Source: Abditibacterium sp. (GTDB taxonomy: Bacteria > Armatimonadota > Abditibacteriia > Abditibacteriales > Abditibacteriaceae). Taken from it: a DNA stretch of 64,000 nt. The stretch lies in NCBI GenBank assembly GCA_965246885.1, contig OZ251992.1, positions 1,728,001 to 1,792,000 of the forward strand, read 5' to 3'. Shown piece by piece: positions 58,754 to 64,000 of this stretch (the stretch's first letter is position 1; every line of letters begins with the position of its first letter). The notes under the pieces are model-generated. The model saw nothing but the letters and a program-made list of their open reading frames with translations, ran no database searches and was not told the origin of the DNA. The translations under genes were made by a program, and so were the position numbers.

Positions 58754-59001
58754 TTGTTGCTCGACGGTGGGGGTACGGATCGAAGAAACAAGGGGCCACA
58801 GGCAAGCTACAAGGGGCGACAGACGTAGTGAAAAAGGCAACAGACGCCCTTTTTGTCTCCACAAGCGCCTTTCTTGCCCTCAGTTACGAAAATAGAATTG
58901 ATTCGGCGCGAGCGCAACTGTTATTAGTCGCGCACAATATCCCCGCTGTCGCCAAAAACGGGCGGGCGGGGCCGCGCAACGTCGCGCGCGTTTCGTTTAA
59001 A

Positions 59002-59208
59002 ATGCTCCCCGTGCCCACACGAAGCTCCGCGCCTGAACTGCAACCCTTGAAAGCCTCGCTCCAATTGGGGAGCGTCGGGCGAGTTGCCGCGACGGGCGCC
59101 GTGAGTGTGCCGATGGCCCGCCCCATCTTCGCCGCGTCCTACCCCAATGAATTGGCAACCGCAATCGAAACTTCGTCGGGCGTGCCGCGTGCTCGGAGGG
59201 GGAACTGA
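59002..59208 (+). CDS. Possible small protein coupled to the redoxin gene
   Basis: 68 aa; TGATG stop/start overlap with the next gene. Confidence 0.35.
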   Translation: MLPVPTRSSAPELQPLKASLQLGSVGRVAATGAVSVPMARPIFAASYPNELATAIETSSGVPRARRGN

Positions 59209-59702
59209 TGCTGCGCAACGGCACCGCGCCGCCCGCTTTTCTGCTCCCTGATTCGGATGGGCGCCCGCGTTCGCTGGATGAACTGCGCGCCGAAAAGCCG
59301 CTCGTCGTGCTCTTTTTTCGCGGCGCCTTTTGCGCAACGGCGCGCCGCGATCTGCTGGCGTGGGGCGACCTCTATGAACGCATCGGCTGGCTCGGCGCGG
59401 GCTTGGTTGGGGTGAGTGTGGACGCGCCCGATGAACTGGCGCGCTTGCGAAACACTCTGCAACTGCCCTTTGACTTGCTCAGCGACAGCGACTTCAGCAT
59501 TTCGCGTGCGTGGGGCATCTACGAATCGGATGAAACCGACGCAGGCCCGCAACCGCACGGCGAACCGGGCACCTTCGTCCTCGACCGCAAAGGGAACTTG
59601 GCTTATTCGCAACCCCAAAGCGGCCCCAAAGGAGCCGCCAGCGCCAATGAAATCCTGCTCATGCTCCAGTTGATGAACCGGCAGGACGGCTTTTATTGGT
59701 AA
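59208..59702 (+). CDS. AhpC/TSA (peroxiredoxin-like) redoxin
   Basis: P.FLLPD.DG, FFRGAFCATA, VGVSVD, F.LLSD, PGTFVLD. Confidence 0.82.
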   Translation: MLRNGTAPPAFLLPDSDGRPRSLDELRAEKPLVVLFFRGAFCATARRDLLAWGDLYERIGWLGAGLVGVSVDAPDELARLRNTLQLPFDLLSDSDFSISRAWGIYESDETDAGPQPHGEPGTFVLDRKGNLAYSQPQSGPKGAASANEILLMLQLMNRQDGFYW

Positions 59703-59713
59703 AGCCCCGGCAC

Positions 59714-60151
59714 TTACAGCGCGGGGGCAACCTCAATCAGTTCGCCGACGACAAGTGGGGCGCGTTTTTGTTCGAGGGCGTCGCGGCGGTCAATGGCGGC
59801 GACTTCGCGGACTGTCTTTCCTTCGCGGCGCAAAATCGCAGCAAGCGAAGCGACGCAATCTTGCATCGCCGCCGTGCCGCCACTCAGGTTGACGACGTTC
59901 CGCTCTTCGCCCGACGCCGCCAAAAAACGGGCGAGCAAGCGCCCTTCGGCAAAGCCCGCAAGGGGATCGCCCAAGACGTGCGTCTCGAACTCGAAGTTGG
60001 AGTGAAAAAAGCGCGCGGCGTCTAAGGCCGTGCCCAAAGCGGCGATGGCTTCGACCGAGGTGACGACCACCACGCGGTCGGGGCGCGTTAGCAAAATGGC
60101 GGAATACAGCGTGCCGTAGTTAAGTCCCAACGGGGAAAACAAGACTTTCAT
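59714..60151 (-). CDS. Stand-alone CARF-like Rossmann-fold protein
   Basis: N-terminal VLFSPLG...G.L.SA..PDRVVVVTS and VVNLSGGTAAM resemble CARF motifs I and II; 145 aa, no effector domain. Confidence 0.65.
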   Translation of the reverse strand: MKVLFSPLGLNYGTLYSAILLTRPDRVVVVTSVEAIAALGTALDAARFFHSNFEFETHVLGDPLAGFAEGRLLARFLAASGEERNVVNLSGGTAAMQDCVASLAAILRREGKTVREVAAIDRRDALEQKRAPLVVGELIEVAPAL

Positions 60152-60172
60152 CGGAAAAGTTCGGAAAGTGGA

Positions 60173-60201
60173 TTGACAGGCGCTGCGGTGTTGCTTATAA
60201 T
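60173..60201 (+). promoter_or_regulatory. Perfect consensus sigma70 promoter upstream of the rtcB leader
   Basis: TTGACA (60173-60178)-17 nt-TATAAT (60196-60201). Confidence 0.9.
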
Positions 60202-60239
60202 AGTTCCCCGTCCGCGAAGACCTTCGCAGGAGACCCATC

Positions 60240-60338
60240 ATGTCCGCGCCGCGCCCATTTCTCGCCCACAACCGCCTTCCGCAACCCGGAATAGGTCGGT
60301 CGGCGCGCGCGCTCATCCTTCGGGGCACCCGCTTGTAG
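60240..60338 (+). CDS. Putative leader peptide (32 aa) of the rtcB attenuator
   Basis: AGGAGA RBS 6 nt before ATG; MSAPRPFLAHNRLPQPGIGRSARALILRGTRL*; stop 20 nt before terminator. Confidence 0.6.
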   Translation: MSAPRPFLAHNRLPQPGIGRSARALILRGTRL

Positions 60339-60358
60339 GCGAAAGAATCCACTTTCCC

Positions 60359-60394
60359 GGCGCGAAGGCTTTGGCTTTCGCGCCTTTTTATTTT
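60359..60394 (+). terminator. Intrinsic terminator within the rtcB 5' leader
   Basis: ggcgcgaaggc-tttg-gctttcgcgcc followed by tttttatttt. Confidence 0.85.
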
Positions 60395-60478
60395 CCCCAT
60401 CCCGGCCCCGTCGCGTGCGCCCTCTCACAAGAAGCGCCAGCTTCGGGGCAATCGGGACAAAGGTGTGAGAAGCAACCC

Positions 60479-61906
60479 ATGATTACTGGAAAGACATTGA
60501 AGCAACGCGGCTGGAAAGAGGGCCGCACCGTAGGACTCGCCAAAGCCGCCGCCGAAGCACTGAGCGCGCGCGGACTGGACGAGTCGCAAATTCTAAACAA
60601 GCTGGACGAAGTGTTGGCCGCGCCCGCCGCTTATCTAAGCGACGCGACGTTCAACGCGCTCGCCGACGAACTGTTGCGCCGCGAGCGCAACGACAAATCG
60701 AAATTCGACGACGCCCTGCGCGAAACTCCCGTCCCGTTCCCCATTTGGGGCGAGGCCCAAATTGACGCGGGCGCCATCGAGCAGATGCGCAACGCCGCCC
60801 ATCTTCCCATCGCAGTCGCGGGCGCCCTAATGCCCGACGCCCACATCGGCTACGGCCTCCCCATCGGCGGCGTCCTCGCCACGCGCGGCACCGTCATCCC
60901 CTACGCCGTCGGGGTCGACATTGCCTGTCGGATGAAATTATCAATCTATGAATGTTCGCCGATTATCCTTGGTCAGCAGAAGGGGAAGTTTGAGAACGCT
61001 TTGCGCGACCAAACGAAGTTTGGGGCGGGCAAGGCGTGGCACGGGGCGGAACGGCGCGAGCATCCGGTGTTGGACGATCCCGATTGGAACGCTTTCGGTT
61101 TGCTTCGCAAATTGCGCTACAAGGCCGAGGAGCAGTTGGGGACTTCGGGGAGCGGCAACCACTTTGTCGAGTGGGGCGAACTGGAGTTGAAAGAAGCGAG
61201 CGCGGAGTTGGGGTTGGACGCGGGCAAATACCTCGCGCTCCTCTCGCACTCCGGGTCGCGCGGCGTCGGGTTCCAGATCGCCAAGGTGTACTCGAACCAC
61301 GCCAACTCTTTGCATCCCCAACTGGCGGACAAGGTGCGCCACCTCGCGTGGCTGGATATGGACTCCGAAGCAGGGCAGGAATACTGGATCGGAATGGAGT
61401 TGGCCGGTCGTTTCGCCGAAGCCAACCACGCCGTTATCCACCGCGAAGTCGCTAAAGCGGCGGGCCTCAAGGAGATTGCATCCGTCGAAAACCACCACAA
61501 CTTCGCGTGGCGCGAAACGCTATCTGATGGCGGGGAAGAGGTCATCGTTCATCGCAAAGGCGCGACTCCGGCGGGCGCGGGCGTGTTGGGCGTCATCCCC
61601 GGTTCGATGGCCGACGCGGGCTACGTCGTGCGCGGCAAAGGTCTGGCGTCGAGCCTGCAATCCGCTTCGCACGGCGCGGGCCGCAAGTTGGGACGCAAAG
61701 CCGCCATTGGCTCCATCACCAAATCGCAGCGCGACCGGTATGTATCCGAGCGCGGCGTCAAAGTCTTGGGCGGCGGCTTGGACGAAGCGCCGCAAGCCTA
61801 CAAGGACATCGAAGAAGTCATCGCCGCCCAGCGCGACTTAGTGGATGTGTTGGCCAAGTTCTCGCCCAAGATTGTGATGATGGCGGACGAAGCGGGGGAT
61901 GTTTGA
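60479..61906 (+). CDS. rtcB: RNA ligase RtcB
   Basis: MPDAHIGYGLPIGGV, VGVDIACRM, QLGTSGSGNHFVE, HSGSRG, NHHNFAW, VHRKGATPA, IPGSM, SASHGAGR, DEAP.AYKDI. Confidence 0.96.
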   Translation: MITGKTLKQRGWKEGRTVGLAKAAAEALSARGLDESQILNKLDEVLAAPAAYLSDATFNALADELLRRERNDKSKFDDALRETPVPFPIWGEAQIDAGAIEQMRNAAHLPIAVAGALMPDAHIGYGLPIGGVLATRGTVIPYAVGVDIACRMKLSIYECSPIILGQQKGKFENALRDQTKFGAGKAWHGAERREHPVLDDPDWNAFGLLRKLRYKAEEQLGTSGSGNHFVEWGELELKEASAELGLDAGKYLALLSHSGSRGVGFQIAKVYSNHANSLHPQLADKVRHLAWLDMDSEAGQEYWIGMELAGRFAEANHAVIHREVAKAAGLKEIASVENHHNFAWRETLSDGGEEVIVHRKGATPAGAGVLGVIPGSMADAGYVVRGKGLASSLQSASHGAGRKLGRKAAIGSITKSQRDRYVSERGVKVLGGGLDEAPQAYKDIEEVIAAQRDLVDVLAKFSPKIVMMADEAGDV

Positions 61907-61950
61907 GCAAAACGCAGAAGACCAACCGGGGCCTTCTGCGTTTTGCTTTT
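61907..61950 (+). terminator. Terminator after rtcB
   Basis: gcaaaacgcagaag...cttctgcgttttgc followed by tttt. Confidence 0.75.
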
Positions 61951-61963
61951 CGAGGAGAACATA

Positions 61964-62413
61964 ATGGAAGAAGAACTCAAGATAATCCCGACGACATACA
62001 AAGCCAAACTGCCGCGCGCGTTATCTTACTCTTGCGGCGCGAAAACGCTTTCCGTAGCATGGCAGGGCGTGCCACAGTTCGACTCTTTCGATCTTCAGTT
62101 TCGTTGCGACGTGCCATTAGAACTTCGGGGTTTTAGTGGACATCGGGACATCCTCTCCGTTTATCTCAGCAAGTGGCACTTCACCCAATCTTCGCGCTTT
62201 TGGGAGGAAAGAGAGGACGGAAAGCTCATGTGGAACATTAACGTCCGTGCTTGTCGGTGTGAAGACGCTCATGAAGTGCGCCAGTGGTTGCGCGACAAAG
62301 GTTTGGGGATGGCGCGTTCGTGGCTTGAACACGATGCTCATCTCAAACGGCAGAGTTCTTGGCTCGCCACATTTGATGAAGATTCGCGCGAGTTCGCCGT
62401 TCGGCATGGCTAA
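61964..62413 (+). CDS. Hypothetical protein (lower GC)
   Basis: GAGGAG RBS; 149-aa ORF. Confidence 0.65.
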   Translation: MEEELKIIPTTYKAKLPRALSYSCGAKTLSVAWQGVPQFDSFDLQFRCDVPLELRGFSGHRDILSVYLSKWHFTQSSRFWEEREDGKLMWNINVRACRCEDAHEVRQWLRDKGLGMARSWLEHDAHLKRQSSWLATFDEDSREFAVRHG

Positions 62414-62416
62414 CGC

Positions 62417-63055
62417 CTACTTCTTCTCGTTGCGCATCTTGTAAATGGTGCGGACGAGGGTTTCAGCGTCGGGGGCGGCTTCGAGGGCGAGGGCGTCGTG
62501 GACTAACTTCTCGGCTTCGGCGGGTTTGTAGCCCATCAAGCGCAGCAGTTGGATGGCGTCGCCCGCAACATCGTTGTGCATGGCTAAACCGGCGGCTTTG
62601 GCTTGGGCGTCCAAGCCGGAGTCGTTCATCAGAGCGAACTTTTGCAGCTTGCCTTGCAGGGTGGCGACCAAGTCGCGCGCTTTTTGCTTGCCCACGCCGG
62701 GGAGACTTTGCAAGAGCGAGTAGTTGGCGCCTTCAATGGCGGCGGCGAGCGTCGAAACGGGACGGGCGAAGGTCTGCAAGCCGCTTTTTGGCCCCATGCG
62801 CGGCACGAGGAGGAGCTTCTCAAAGAACTCGCGCTGGATGGAGTTTTGGAAGCCGAGCAAAATGGGGGTAGCGCGGTTCTGCTCGGTTTGAAGGTAGTAG
62901 ATGGTGTCGAGGGAGATTTTCTCGCCGAGGGGAGTGGCTTCGAGCGCTTTTTCAACGATGAGGGGAACGGCGATTTCGTAGGTCAGGCCGCCGGTTTCGA
63001 CAAGGAGGGCGCCGTCAACGTGACCGGCGAACGTGCCGGAGATTTTGGAGATCAT
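62417..63055 (-). CDS. ruvA: Holliday junction branch migration protein RuvA
   Basis: MISKISG, GLTYEI, L.GF....REFFEKLL.V...GPK, LPGVGKQKA, A...L..MGY. Confidence 0.9.
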   Translation of the reverse strand: MISKISGTFAGHVDGALLVETGGLTYEIAVPLIVEKALEATPLGEKISLDTIYYLQTEQNRATPILLGFQNSIQREFFEKLLLVPRMGPKSGLQTFARPVSTLAAAIEGANYSLLQSLPGVGKQKARDLVATLQGKLQKFALMNDSGLDAQAKAAGLAMHNDVAGDAIQLLRLMGYKPAEAEKLVHDALALEAAPDAETLVRTIYKMRNEKK

Positions 63056-63067
63056 GTAACTGTTAGT

Positions 63068-63769
63068 TTAAGTGGCCGCTTTGCGTGCCAGAAACGCCGT
63101 TGCGATGCCGAAAGTGTGCTGGAAGGAGCGCACATCGGCGAAGTTTTCTTCTTGTAAGAGGCGCGCGAACTCGCGGCGGCTATAGAAGCCGCCGACGGAT
63201 TGGGGCAGGTAGTTGTAGGCGCTTGCGTGGTGGGAGATGACGCGGCCAACAGGGGCGAGTAGGGTGTTGAACATCCCGAAAAAGCGGGCCAAGGCGGGCG
63301 AAGTCGGGCGCATGAACTCCAACACGAGCAGTCGCCCGCCCGGTCGCAGGACGCGGTTGATCTCTTGGATGCCGCGCCGCGTGTCCTCGAAGTTGCGCAC
63401 GCCAAAGGCGACCGAGACGGCATCAAACTCCCCATCGGCGAAGGGGAGCTCGAGCGCGTCGGCTTCTATATAAGGATGCAAATCGTCTTTGGCACGCGCG
63501 ATGTCGAGCATGCGCGGCGAAAAGTCGGCGCCGGTGATGGCAGCGTCGGGCGCTTGACGGGCGAGTTCGCGCGTCAGTTCGCCGGAGCCGCAACATAAAT
63601 CCAGAACGCGCTCACCGCGCCGCACGCACAGCCGCTTGGCCGCGCGGCGGCGCCAGATGGCGTCCTGATTTCCCGACAAAAGGCCGTTAAGCAGGTCATA
63701 AGTCGGCGCAATGTCGTCGAACATGGCGCGAACGGCGGCGCTCGATTTGTCGGGTTGGGGCAAGTTCAT
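63068..63769 (-). CDS. ubiE: UbiE/MenG-type quinone biosynthesis methyltransferase
   Basis: MFDDIAPTYDLLN.LLS, VLDLCCGSG, AFGVRN, RVLRPGG, AYNYLPQSV. Confidence 0.9.
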   Translation of the reverse strand: MNLPQPDKSSAAVRAMFDDIAPTYDLLNGLLSGNQDAIWRRRAAKRLCVRRGERVLDLCCGSGELTRELARQAPDAAITGADFSPRMLDIARAKDDLHPYIEADALELPFADGEFDAVSVAFGVRNFEDTRRGIQEINRVLRPGGRLLVLEFMRPTSPALARFFGMFNTLLAPVGRVISHHASAYNYLPQSVGGFYSRREFARLLQEENFADVRSFQHTFGIATAFLARKAAT

Positions 63770-63835
63770 CGTGCGGATGAAGACGCCCGCCCGAAAGCAA
63801 GGGAAACGGGTTTTAGCGAAACACAGATGCCGGGG

Positions 63836-64000
63836 TTAGAAGTCCCCGCCACCCGAATCGAAGCCGCCACCGTCATCGAAGCTGCTGCCGGAATCGAAGG
63901 CGCTACCTGAATCGAAGCCGCCGCCCGCATCAGCCGGATCGCCGTACGGGTCGGCGGAGGAATCGAGGCCGAGGCTGCCTTGGCCGGGGTCGTAACCGGC
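63836..64000 (-). CDS. 3' end of a gene with Gly/Asp/Ser low-complexity tail (partial)
   Basis: Minus frame reads ...DPYGDPADAGGGFDSGSAFDSGSSFDDGGGFDSGGGDF*. Confidence 0.6.
   Translation of the reverse strand, partial: AGYDPGQGSLGLDSSADPYGDPADAGGGFDSGSAFDSGSSFDDGGGFDSGGGDF

Noticed and set aside
60173..60478. N-terminal 102 aa of the 577-aa rtcB ORF, and 60152-60400 of the 228-aa minus ORF
   Set aside because: Region holds a promoter, leader ORF and terminator; protein-like sequence starts at 60479 and 60151
155..63598. Many long overlapping or antisense ORFs in the track (e.g. 17598..18728, 31270..32454, 35271..36242, 57042..58316)
   Set aside because: Shadow frames of recognisable genes, expected in high-GC DNA
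63840..63930. 18-bp repeats at the window end
   Set aside because: Coding low-complexity GGGFDS tail of a partial gene, not part of the intergenic 21-bp family

Overview
GC-rich bacterial chromosomal window. Tandem prepilin/DUF1559-H-X9-DG genes, kdsB, a GuaB3-type IMPDH and an extended Rho suggest an Armatimonadota/Abditibacteriota-like organism (inference). Most of it is housekeeping: ribD, livKHM, argH, pyk, plsC, cmk, guaB-like, guaA, hpt, rho, recA, argJ, kdsB, uppS, frr, rtcB, ruvA and a ubiE/menG-like gene, plus glycosyltransferases and secreted or hypothetical proteins. No rRNA, tRNA, CRISPR array, integrase or transposase was recognised. Most notable: (1) rtcB is preceded by a perfect sigma70 promoter, an unannotated 32-codon leader ORF with strong RBS and an intrinsic terminator (attenuator architecture), divergent from a stand-alone CARF-like gene. 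(2) Seven degenerate intergenic tandem arrays share a 21-bp period. (3) An integron-type cassette (HEPN-like gene with GTTAGGC and an attC-like site) has no integrase in the window. (4) A toxin-antitoxin islet is flanked by a 174-bp duplication of the livM 3' end. (5) One palindromic element family abuts TATAAT-6nt-start at both argH and argJ. All protein calls rest on motif recognition by eye; no database search was run.
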